The notes under the pieces: generated by a model | Seen by the model: the letters and a program-made list of their open reading frames with translations, nothing else | What the model was told of the DNA's origin: nothing | Database searches by the model: none | Origin: Caecitellus pseudoparvulus | Taxonomy: Eukaryota; Protista; Bigyra: Bicosoecida | Assembly (NCBI GenBank): GCA_965644315.1 | Contig: CBFFRQ010000069.1 | Span: 310,001 to 374,000 of the forward strand | Direction: 5' to 3' | DNA length: 64,000 nt | Translations under genes and position numbers: made by a program | Shown: piece by piece, positions 1 through 10,478 of the stretch | Layout: every line of letters starts with the position of its first letter | Position numbering within the stretch: position 1 is the first letter of the stretch

Positions 1-1864
1 CTGCGCACGGCATCCACATACTCCGGCATGAGCCAGTGCACGGGGTGGTCGGCGTCCCCCCGCACATCGGGCGGCAGCGCCTCCAGGGAGGGCGGGTAGT
101 GGCACGCCACCAGCACATCCAGCACGATTTGCTTCATGCTGGGCAGCACCACATCGAAGAGCACGTTGGGCGGCGGCGCCGGCGACATCTGGTATGCCAG
201 GATCTGCTGCAGCTCTGCCAGGGTGAGTGTGTTGCCCTCCTCGTACCGCCCGTAGTACTTGGACAGCACCTGTGCCACTGGCGACGTGTTGTGCACCGCC
301 GCGTTCGTAAGGCCGCGGGGCTTCTTGATGTCCAGAGTGAACTTTCGACTGGCAGTGCGCACGAGGGCGTCGTCGAACACGAACACTTCTGTTCCGGATG
401 CGCTCTGCACCAGGGCCGTGTACACGCGCAGGTCTAGCTTACGCTCCCGCATGAGCAGCAGGGGTCGCTCCACGTACTTCTGCAGCAAGTACCGGCCGTG
501 CAGCTCTGTGCCGAGAGCCTCGTGCACCCGGCGTGAAGCGCGGAACAACGCCAAGTCGTGACCACCCACGCCACACCACCCGTCTGCCTCCCGCAGCGCA
601 GTGCTGACTGTGCCATGGTGCAGCACCCGGCCGCCATCCGGACCGGCCTTTCGCCCACGAGGGCGCAGTGCCGGCCAGCTGGCCTCCACCGGCGTGTCTC
701 CGGACCCACCCCCCACTGACGCGCTGCCACCATCCGAAGACTCGGGGATGGAGCTGATGCTGGTGCTGGCACCCGACCGCCGCCTGGCTTTGCGTGGAAG
801 ACCAGGGGTCAGGATGGGAAGGCCGCGATCTGAGGTCGTGTCCTGTGCCTCCGGCGCCACTGCCGTGCACCAGCCCGCCGGCCCCACCTCCTTCAGCACC
901 CACACATTCTCCAGGCAGTGCGATGCAGGCATGGAGGAGGGTGGGTACCGCCGCGCTTTCAGCTGTGCAAAGTGCCTGCCGAAGCCCCACTCAAACACCG
1001 CCTCGCGCCGCGCCTGCTCGTCCGGCGCAAGCTCTGGCGCCGGCACTCTGGGCATGTCCTCCTCGGCAGCTGCGCCCGTGGAGGGCCCACCACTGGCCCA
1101 GCCCTCAACCACGAAGGTGGTCGGCACAAAGTGGAAGATGTCCTTGCCTCTTTGGGCGCAGTACACCGCCAGGCGCCGCAGCATCTCCAGAGTATCGTAC
1201 ACGGCAGCCAGTGGGCCGTGGATGGGGCCCCCAAACACCAGTGGCAGGGGGTGGCTCGGCCTGAGCAGTGGCAAGGCAAGGGTCGTGGTGCAGGTGTGTG
1301 GGCAGCGCAGCGGGGCGAGGTGGTGCGGGCCCGGCCTGGGGAGCCCCCATCCCCGCCTGCAACGCCAAGTTGCCGTGGCAGTTGCAGCGCCGATTTCCGC
1401 AGGGGCACTCACGTCTCTGGCGTCGTCCGCCGCAGCAGCTCAGGGAGTCTGCGCAGCAGCGTGGCAAAGTCCACAACGTTGGGAGACATCCCAATGGCAC
1501 CTCGTGGCACTGTTGTCAGCGCCTTGGGCACCGGGTTGTACAGTGGGAACATCTTCACGGGCTTGACATCCTCCTGCCCGGCGTTTAGCAGCTGGATGAA
1601 CTGCTTGCCCTCCACGAAGCCCTGCAGGTCCCCACCAGCTGCCGCAACACTCTGCACGACCCACCAAGGGCGTTCAGCCAGGGCTGCCCGTATGAGGGCT
1701 GCGCCATGCTTGCTGCGTTTGCGCGAGCTCCACTTGGCGCAGAGGTCACCCGTCGCCGCGAAGGCTGCTGTGTAGCTGGGGGGGCGCTTGGCCGAAGGCA
1801 CCGAGCTGGGACGGCGTCTGGGCGAGCCCCCTGCCCTGCCAGCCTTGGGAGAAGAAGCTGACAT
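1..1864 (-). CDS. Tubulin-tyrosine-ligase-like (TTLL) protein, spliced, 3' end runs off the window
   Basis: Minus-strand translation gives LIRAALAERPWW (first exon, ATG 1864), DIFHFVPTTFVV, NVWVLK, YLLQKYVERPLLMRERKLDLRVY, GLTN and YGRYEEGNTLTL, all TTL-family motifs. A GTGAG donor lies near 1411; the exact acceptor was not resolved. Confidence 0.85.
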
Positions 1865-2308
1865 TCAGACCAGGGGCGGCCGGGGCGCTCCACGGGACGC
1901 GCGGGCTGCCCCGGACTGCAGCGCGGCTGCGGGTCGCTGCGACGCGCTGCTCTCGGCGCGAAGGACTTGCGGGCGTGGCTGCTTCCCTCATGCAGCTGCA
2001 TGCAGGCGCAGTGCGTTCTTGGCACTGCTGCAGTGCTGTTTCAGCGGGGCGCTCGCCTCGCGGGTGTGTGGTTTTGGGAACAGGTGGCAGTGGGCGAGGC
2101 GGTATTTGCGTCGGCCCTCGGGACTTTCCACACCCCATGTCGAGCGGCACTTTGCACTTTCCCCGGCTTGCCACACTCCACAGGTTCACAGGGGCAAGGA
2201 AAACCAGTGCTTGTGCACCCGCGGAAGGGGAATCAGCTCCACCTGACGCTGTTTCGCCACCTCGCCAGGGGTTGCTGGCAGCCTAAACTGGCGACAGGCT
2301 AGGCAAGC

Positions 2309-5189
2309 ATGGCAGCAGCTGTGGGCGCTGCCAGCGAGGACCTGCCAGCACCAGACGACTTGCTGGCCGCAGCAGAGGCCGGCCAGGGAGGTCGCATTGC
2401 GTCTCTGCTGGCCAAAGGCGTGTCGGTGAACTACAAGTCCTCTGCTGTCAAGGTATGCCGGCGCTGCGCAGCGTTCGCCCAGCCCCAGCACGCCTGCATG
2501 AGGGCACCTCCACCGTGCACTCGCAGAAAGGCGCCACTGCGCTGTCCATCGCCTGCAGCGCGGGACACACGGGATGCGTGCGCCTGCTCATCGAAGCTGG
2601 CGCACGCATCGACGCGAAGGACGCTGTGCGTGTATGCAGCCAGCCTGGCTGATACTCCGTCGCTGCGACGCACCCTTCCCATGCTCACCACAGGACCGCC
2701 GGACGCCCATCTTTCACGCGGTACTGGCGGGACACACTGCTGTGTTGGAGGCCCTGTTGGGTGCTGGCGCTGACGCGCACAAGGGCATCGGGCGAAGCCG
2801 CACCACCCCGCTGCACCTCGCCATGCGCCGAGGGCATGAAGGTTGCCTGCCTCCCCTGCTCGGGGCAGGCGCTTCGCCAGGCGCCACAGACGCCCGGGGG
2901 CGCACGCCGCTGCACGAAGCTGCCAGCGCAGGCCAGACAGCTGCTCTGGCAGCCTTGGCGGCAGCCGTGCCCCCTGCTGACATGGCTGCCGCTGTGGCGG
3001 TTGCTGACGGGGATGGCAACACTGCCTTGCACGCAGCGTGCAAGCGAGGGCGGCTGGACGTCGTGCAGCGCCTGCTGGACATGGGGGCCGACTCCAGTGC
3101 CCGTGACTTGCAGTGGCACACGCCGGTGCATGTCCTGGCCAGCGCTGGTGACGCCGCCCTGCCGAGTTTGCAGGCTGTCTTGGCCGCTGGGGGAGACGCA
3201 GGTGCGGCCATGCGCAATGGGGTGACGCCACTGCACGAGGCTGCCAAGGCCAACGCGCCCGGTATCGCAGAGGCCCTGCTGGCTGCCGGGGCCCCTGCGT
3301 CCCCCCCTCGGCAGGACACGGCCCAAACGCCCCTGCACACCGCCGCGTTTTTCGGTGCGGGTGCAGTTGCGTCTGCATTGTTGAAAGGCGGCGCGGAGGC
3401 CAATGCCATGGATGCGGAGCACCGCACACCCCTGCACATCGCCATTGAGAGGCAGCACAGCAGTGTCATGCACGTGTTGCTGGAGCACCCTGACACTGAC
3501 GTCGGCATGACGACCAAAGAGGGCACCAACGCAGTGGACCTGGCCTTGCAGCGAGCGGCCGGCCTTGACCCAGCTGCGGTGGCCAAGTGTGCCCGCAAGC
3601 TCAAAATTGCGCGTAAACGCAGGGCAACGATGCGGGGGACGGGGGCAGCAGTCGTCGCGGTGGGGCCCACCTTCACCGGCGCTGACAAGGTGCAGGATAG
3701 CGGCACCTCGCAAGCTTCGCCGCCGCCGCGTTCGCCCGACGGCGACCCCGACGCCGCGGACTGCGCTTGCCCCAGGAGCTGCAGCGAAGCAAGTGCTCTG
3801 GGGAGACGCGTCCTGTGTTCCACTGCGCTCGACATCGACTTGTACGGCCTGCAGGCTTGCCTGCCAGAGCGCCACCACCGCAACTTCGCTGTGCTTGTGG
3901 GCTTGCAGCAGGGTGTGCAGCACTTCGTCGCGTTTGTCGCCTCCGTGCAGCTGCTGGTGGAGTACGCTGCTGCTGGCACGGATTCCTTCAACTTCATCGC
4001 TGCAGTCATCGTGTTCGCCCTGGTCGTGTTGACAGACGTCGGAACCACCATTTCCATTTCTCGGCTCGCGTATGATGGCGCTGAAATCGTGCTGCGGGTG
4101 GTGTTGGCAGCCACGGGCTTCTTCCCACTGGCCCTGGCTCTCGGCATGCAGGCACTGGGCAAGGACGAATCCCGGCTGTTCCAGCAGTTCCTCGCGGTGG
4201 AGGGTTTCGGCGCCGCCCTGCCGCAGCTGCTGCTGGTCGCCGCATTCATCGCGGGGCAAGCCGCCGGCGCAGGCGGCGCGCTGCCCTCTTCCACCGCCCT
4301 CTGGCTCAGCTTGGCTGTGAATGTCCTCGCTGCTGCCAGCGAAATCGTCGGCACGCGCCTGGACGACGTGTCGTCACAAAGTGTGCCCGGCATGCTGGAA
4401 GAGCTCTTCCACCGCGCTGGCAAGGCACAGGGCGTCCTGTACAGCGCGCTGTACCTCATGACCACCATCGAAGTGCTGGCAGCCGTGCTGTTGTACGGAG
4501 TGCTCATCACTGTGTACCCTCTCGCCGCTGCATTGGTGCTGCTGGGGCAGGTCGTGCTCGTGCTGGCATTCGCTGCGTGGCGGCTGCAAGTGCACAAGGA
4601 GGTCAGGGAGGCCAGCGCCTACGCCGAGGGCGTGTCTGTGCCAGTGGCCCTCCTGTACTACGCAGTCATGTGCATGTTTTCCGGGGCTGGCATCGTGCAC
4701 GGCTACGGAACAGCCCGCAGCGATGCGGCACGCATGCAACTGCTGTCCCTGAATAACACCGCCGTCGGCACGGCACGGCACGACGCAGTCTTCGCCTCGG
4801 CAGTGTTCAGAGCGGTCCTGTTCCTGCTGTGCACGAGCAGTGTGTGTGCCGCCCTCCTGCTGCGTTGCCCGTCGGGTCAAGCACTGTGCATCCTGCCCTC
4901 TTGGCGAGCCGCCATCCTGGCCAGCACAGTGCTGCTGTGGGTCATCCAAATCGCCTTCATCACCTGCGTCTTCGTCCAGCGGCGGTTGCTGTGTGCTGAG
5001 GGGCCCCAGTGCCACACCACGTGCACGGCGCTGCGGGAGCAGGGCACCAAGCGCCGGAAACGCCTGGGGCTGGGCAACGCTTCCCGCCTCGTGCGCATCC
5101 GGCACAGCGAGTCCCTGGCCACACCCAAGGACATCAGCACAGACATAGACGACAGTGTCACGTCGCCCTCGCCGGGTGGCAGCGCCTAG
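2309..5189 (+). CDS. Ankyrin-repeat protein with C-terminal multi-pass membrane domain (XK-related-like)
   Basis: About 10 TPLH/TALH ankyrin repeats; introns near 2453-2526 and 2626-2693; then multiple hydrophobic helices including VEGFGAALPQLLL. Confidence 0.85.
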
Positions 5190-5190
5190 T

Positions 5191-6107
5191 TCAGGCCTGC
5201 GCCTCGTCTTCCGCTGCGGCGAAGGCTGTTGCCAGCCAATCCATGCCCTCTTGCAGGCCGTCTCCCGTCATGCCGCAGCAGCCCTGCAGGAACCAGCTCT
5301 GCTCGAGGCTGTCCACTTTCATCTCCCGTGCTACCTCGGCTGGAGGTGCCGCCTGTGGCAGATCTGTGGGTTGTCATTGGGGCAGTGGAGGTGGTGCCAG
5401 CCAGCGATTGGACTCGCGCACCCGGCACAACGCACCCAACTTGTTGGCGAAGATGAGCACAGGTGTCGACACCAAACTTGGCGACGTCATCATGTGGTGG
5501 AGCTCCCTGCGGGCTGTAACACCGTGCGCGGAGCTTGGGTGCGTGCAGGCTTGCTTGCAGTTTCGCCTGCGTTTCGACCTCGCACCTTCCGCAAACCGAT
5601 CCCGGTCGTTCGCATCCACCATGAAGACGATGCCGTCCACGCCATTGAAGTACTGCCGCCAAAGTGGTCGAATCTGGGAGGGGGGGGGGTCAGGGCCATT
5701 GCCGAGCCAGCATGCAAGCAAGCTCCCCTGGCAGCAACGGCCAAGCGCTCTCACAGAGGGCTCTCCGCCTACGTCCCAAACCGCGAGCGTGTCCCCGCCG
5801 CACTTGACCTTCTCAGTATTAAACCCTGCCACAGACCGATGTAAAGGCAGTGTCGCAATGCAAACCCGGGTGCCTGTCGCGCCTGAAGCGCTCACCGATG
5901 GTGGGAATGGTGTCCACAGCCTTGCCCAGCACCAGGTGGTACAGGGCAGTCGTCTTCCCACAGCCGTCCAGGCCAACCTGCGCCAGCAGAGGGTGGTGGG
6001 TGCATAAGGGGTGGCTAGGTCTGCCGGTGCTGGAGCATTCGACGCACCCACAGCACGCGGCGGCGCGCTCCCTTGCGGCCGCACAGCCCGCACAGCGCTG
6101 CGCCCAT
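5191..6107 (-). CDS. ARF/ARL-family small GTPase (spliced)
   Basis: Spliced reading: MGAALCGLCGRKGARRRVLW|VGLDGCGKTT...TIPTIG|FNTEKV...WDVGGEPS|IRPLWRQYFNGVDGIVFMVD...LIFANK...SWFLQGCCGMTGDGLQEGMDWL. Gly2 myristoylation site. Confidence 0.92.
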
Positions 6108-6522
6108 GCTCAGGAGACCAGGGCCAGGCAGAGCGAGGGCACCCAGTGGTCAGATGGGCCCTTGGTGATGGCGTGGCGCGCACTTTCGGGGAGTGCCCAG
6201 GCAGGGCTGCGGGTTTGCAGAGGAGTGGCGATTTTTGGTGCCGCTCATCTACTGCAGAACCGATGACCCCCCCCGAACAGGGCACTTTGCGCGCAGAGTG
6301 AAGTGAAGCATGTACAACACCATGCCATTATCACCTACTTGCGGCGGAACCTTCTCTGAATGTGGTGAGCAGGGTTGGGCACGGCTTCGCACGGACTGCG
6401 CCCAAGGCCAAACCAAGCTGCGCCTGTGCCTGGCCAGTGCAAGTGCCAAGGGATCCGGCCTTCCGCGGCTCCAGCCATTCAGCGGGGGACCTCTGAGTAG
6501 AACCTTGTCTCTGACCTGTGGG

Positions 6523-8427
6523 ATGGCGACAGCAAGAGTTTGCGCAGGGTTGGGGCTGCAAAGTGCCCGCCGGCTGCGGGCACCAATTTCCGCACTGCAC
6601 CCACTTCCAAGTCTGCCGTGTGGGGAGGGTCAGCAGCGACAGTACAGCATCAAGCCACTGTCGTTTGACGTCTTGCGAGACATGAATCGGGCTGTCATTG
6701 CAGGGGCGAGCGAGGGCGGCACGGCACACGTGCCAGCCGCTGCGCTGGAACGCTGCGTGGAGGCTGCCACCCACCACGGCCTGACGTACGAAGGGCTGCT
6801 GACTCTGGACGTGGCGCTGGCACAGCCCGGCATGGTGTTCAGCCCCATGTTCTACGCCTGTGCTGCGAAGCTGCGGCACGCAGTGCACGGGGAAGACTCC
6901 CTGCGCGACCTCATCATCAGCATTGGCGAGGGCGGCTCGCCGGGCCTGGGCAGGGCGGGCAGTGCGCCGGCGGCGGGGGGGGCCGGCCTCACACGGCCCT
7001 TCCTGGACCGCATGCTCCTGCACTGCGTGGAGCTGCGGGCACACTTCGCAGCCGTGGGCATGTTCCGACTCGCCCGCGCCCGGGGTGTTCTGCCCTCACC
7101 CCCCGTGCACCGGGCTGTGGCGGAGGCGGTGGCGGCGTCCCCCGCCGCCGGCGACTGCGATGAGCTGGTGGCGTCCCTGCGCAAGCGAGGCATCGCACCG
7201 CCGACGGCCGTGTACAACGCCCACCTGCGGGATGAGTCCCTGGTGGGCAGTGTGTCGGATGCAGAGGCCGTCCTACGCCGCATGGCCCAGGACGGCGCCG
7301 CCCCAGACGCCGACACAGCAGCTGCCGTCGTGCAGCTGGGCGTGCGGCTGGGCCCTGACGTGGCAGGGGACACCCTGCGCCTGGTGCAAGGCCTCAGTGC
7401 GCGGGATGTCAGCGTGCCGGGGGAGGTGTCGGTGGACCTCATGCGCCTGCTGCTGGCGGGCGGACTGCAGGCGGAGGCGGTGCAGCACGGACAGGCCTGC
7501 CTGGCGTCCGGCGTCGCCCCCGTGCCCATCGTCACCTGCACCATCCTGGCCCTGGCTGCAGCGGGGCGGGGGCAGGAGGTGCCCAGCCTGTGGGCTGGTC
7601 TGCCTGACCACGCAGGTCTCCTGGCCGGCGTGGCGCCCGAGGCGCTGTGGGAGGTGGTGCAGACGACGGCGGAGGCGGGGCACTGGCGCACCGCCATCGA
7701 GGCACACCTGGCCCTGCTCACTCGCCGCTGCAGCTTGCTGCCCGAGGCGGGCCTCCTGGCCGTCGTGCGGGCGTGTGGCGAGAGCAAGGACGCCGCCCAC
7801 CTGCAGCGCATCGTGTACTTCGCCCTGGCTGAGGGGGTGCACCTGCCGCCCACTGTGGCGCATGAAATCCTCGCCACCACTGCCGCCCTGTCCCCCAACC
7901 GCTGCATTCGGTGCCTCTCCCTCCTACGCCGGCAGCGCCCCGCCGCGTGGGACGACGCCGCTGTCGCGCTGCTGGGGCTGCTGTCGGGCAAGAGCCAGCC
8001 CCAGGCGGCGTGGCAAGTGCTGACCTCCCTCTGTGTGCGCCTGACGCAGGCGGGCCACGAGGTGGACCCGGGGGTGGCGGCCTGCACAGTGGCTGCTCTG
8101 CGCCAGGCAGGGCAGGGCAAGGCGCCAGGTCTGCCGGAGGGCGGGGCTGTGCAAGCGGACAGTCTGCTGCGGGGCCTACTGCGGTGGGTGCGGGGGCGCA
8201 AGCGGCCTGGTCTGGCGTATGAAAAGGCCCTGGCTGATACACTGGAGCAGGCCTTGCGGGGGGACATCCAGCCGGTGGAGCCGCAGAGAGACGTGCCGGC
8301 TCCCGCCCCCCCGCAGCAGCCAGCCTCGCTGCCGCGCCGAAGTGGCGAGCGGGGGGAGGCGGGGGGGGACCAGCGCCCCCTCACCATCACCATGAAGGTG
8401 CGCCGGCCGGGTGGGCGTGGCAGGTGA
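6523..8427 (+). CDS. Pentatricopeptide-repeat (PPR)-like helical protein, probable mitochondrial targeting peptide
   Basis: PPR-like unit PTAVYNAHLR...AEAVLRRMAQDGAAPD; Arg/Leu/Ser-rich N-terminus starting MATARVCAGL. Confidence 0.65.
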   Translation: MATARVCAGLGLQSARRLRAPISALHPLPSLPCGEGQQRQYSIKPLSFDVLRDMNRAVIAGASEGGTAHVPAAALERCVEAATHHGLTYEGLLTLDVALAQPGMVFSPMFYACAAKLRHAVHGEDSLRDLIISIGEGGSPGLGRAGSAPAAGGAGLTRPFLDRMLLHCVELRAHFAAVGMFRLARARGVLPSPPVHRAVAEAVAASPAAGDCDELVASLRKRGIAPPTAVYNAHLRDESLVGSVSDAEAVLRRMAQDGAAPDADTAAAVVQLGVRLGPDVAGDTLRLVQGLSARDVSVPGEVSVDLMRLLLAGGLQAEAVQHGQACLASGVAPVPIVTCTILALAAAGRGQEVPSLWAGLPDHAGLLAGVAPEALWEVVQTTAEAGHWRTAIEAHLALLTRRCSLLPEAGLLAVVRACGESKDAAHLQRIVYFALAEGVHLPPTVAHEILATTAALSPNRCIRCLSLLRRQRPAAWDDAAVALLGLLSGKSQPQAAWQVLTSLCVRLTQAGHEVDPGVAACTVAALRQAGQGKAPGLPEGGAVQADSLLRGLLRWVRGRKRPGLAYEKALADTLEQALRGDIQPVEPQRDVPAPAPPQQPASLPRRSGERGEAGGDQRPLTITMKVRRPGGRGR

Positions 8428-8464
8428 AGTGCAGTGCATTGGGGTGCCAGGCAGCTGCGCCCAG

Positions 8465-9873
8465 CTACATGGCAGCCGTAGCTGCCGCCGCTGTGCTGGT
8501 GGTGGCTGCCGTCATGGCGTCTGTGGCAGCCTGCTTGTACAGTTGCATGGCTGTGCGAGGGAGGGGGGTGGGGGTGTGGAGGTGTGGCTGGCGGAGGGTT
8601 CCCTCCCAGGCTCACGCTAGGCGCGCCACGCACCTCGAGCGATGAAGGCTTCCAAGTGGAACACCTCCTTGGTGCCCTGTGTCAGGGTGTGCTGGTAGTG
8701 TGCCGCCCAGTGCGTCACGTCGTGGCGCAGTGCGTCCGAGAGCTTGGGCAGCAAGTGCTCCAGGAGTGTGGTGAAGATTGTCTCGGGGGGGATGCAGTTC
8801 ACCAGCAGCTCGTACAGCTTGCCTCGCACGTGCAGCAGCTTGGAGGGGCTCTGCTCCGCGACGATCTGTGCGGGCCGGGGGGGTGGGGCAACGCGTGGTG
8901 GTGGTGGGCCCACGGTCAGCGAGGCGGGCGTGTCTCACGTCGACGGCAATGCCAGCAATGCACTGCTCCCAGTCCATGACGGCGATCTGCTGGTCTGGCT
9001 TGAAGGGGTAGTTCTGCACCTTGGACGCCTCCAGCATGAGCAGCGCCCGGCGCATGTTCCGACCTGACTTGTTCGCCACCAGCACCGCCATCTGCCGCGG
9101 CAGCGTCAAGCCCTCCTTGCCTGCCACGCCCGTCATGACGTCCATCATGTCCTTCACGCTGGGCGCCGGCACGCGGATGCCCAGGCACCGCGAGCGCACG
9201 GGGTCGATGACCTTGCTGGGGTTGTTGCACAGCAGGATGAGGCGGCAGGTGGCGCTGTGTTTCTCCATGGTGCGGCGCAAGGCGGCCTGCGCGTCCCGGG
9301 TGAGCTGGTCGGCTTCTGTCAGCACCACCACCTTAAAGGCGTGCTTGGAGTCCAGGTTACGGCTGGAGGCGATCTCTTTGATGACTTCCTGCACGATGAA
9401 GCGGTCGTACATGCCTGCGTCCCCAGGGTTCATCTCGATGTGGTACGAGGATGCCACCGTGGTGATTTCCACTGTCCGCCTGGAGGGCGTCTTGACACTG
9501 CGGTGCTCCAGTTTCAGCTGCGCGGGCGGGGGCGCAGGCAGGGGTGACGTGCAAGGGAGCAGCCCCTCCAGCTCAAATGCTCCGCGCGCGCACAGCCTCG
9601 CACCTTTTCCACACCGCTCCCAAACACCGCTCGCAAGAAGCCCATGACGCGGGTCTTCTTCCCAGCCCCACTTGGCCCATAGAACATCATGTGAGGAATG
9701 TCTGTCTTGCTCGCCTGCACACCAGACACAAACGGGGGCACAGTGCAGCTGGCTCCGTCACCCAGCGTTGAGTTGGCGTTTCGCCTCACCAGCTCCAACA
9801 GGCGCTCACACAGCTCTGTGTGGTAGTCGCACTTGTCCAGCGTCGTTGGCCGGTGCTTGTCCACCCAAAGCAT
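8465..9873 (-). CDS. RFC3: Replication factor C subunit 3 (yeast Rfc5 orthologue), spliced
   Basis: MLWVDKHRP, Walker A YGPSGAGKKTR, AQAALRRTMEK, SRC motif, HLEAFIAR. Last exon AMQLYK...TAAM* ends at 8465. Confidence 0.95.
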
Positions 9874-10478
9874 GGCTATCGCTCAAGGTGACCCTTCCTT
9901 CGAAACAACTGGTGCTGGGCAATCGCGCAGAGGGCGAGCAGAGCAGCGGACCAACTGTCCAGCAGGAGCCTGGCGCTCCTTTGAAAGGGCAAGACAGCAG
10001 CACCCCAACGTTGGGAGCAACCCTGGGCAGTCCATGCATTGAGCGGCACAGACCCTGGGCCGTAAGTGTTTGAATTTGGGTGGGTGCAGGGCCTGCAATC
10101 TGCAGTGGCTGTCGGCTGGACACTCTCCTTGCACGTGGGCGGCCACCTGCACTAAGCGCTCTGCATGGCGTCCCCTCAGTGCCCTCTTATCGCACCCACA
10201 TGCCCATGCCTGCCCAGTCTTCTTCTGGCGCTGGCAACCTGCGGGTTCGTGCCAGTTTCGGTTCCACCTGCCTGCTGCGCTGCGCACCGTGGCAGTCGCG
10301 GCACGCCTGCAATTCTTCAGCGATGCATGCTGTCCTGTGTCGCTCTAGTGCAGGTTGCACGCTCAACCTCTCTGTCCCCGGGCAAGTTGGATCGGCACAG
10401 CACCAGCACTTGTTGCTGGGCTTGGCGTCAGGTGCACCCGTCTTGTACACCTGCCGGCACCTACCGCCCGTGCGTGCC

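Noticed and set aside
10080-10478. N-terminal ORF-track extensions of the transporter (similarly for PPR, UPRT, RPL13, USP32 and the BPI exon-4 ORFs)
   Set aside because: They are read-through into UTR or intron from non-ATG or upstream starts; homology begins at the later ATG or splice acceptor.
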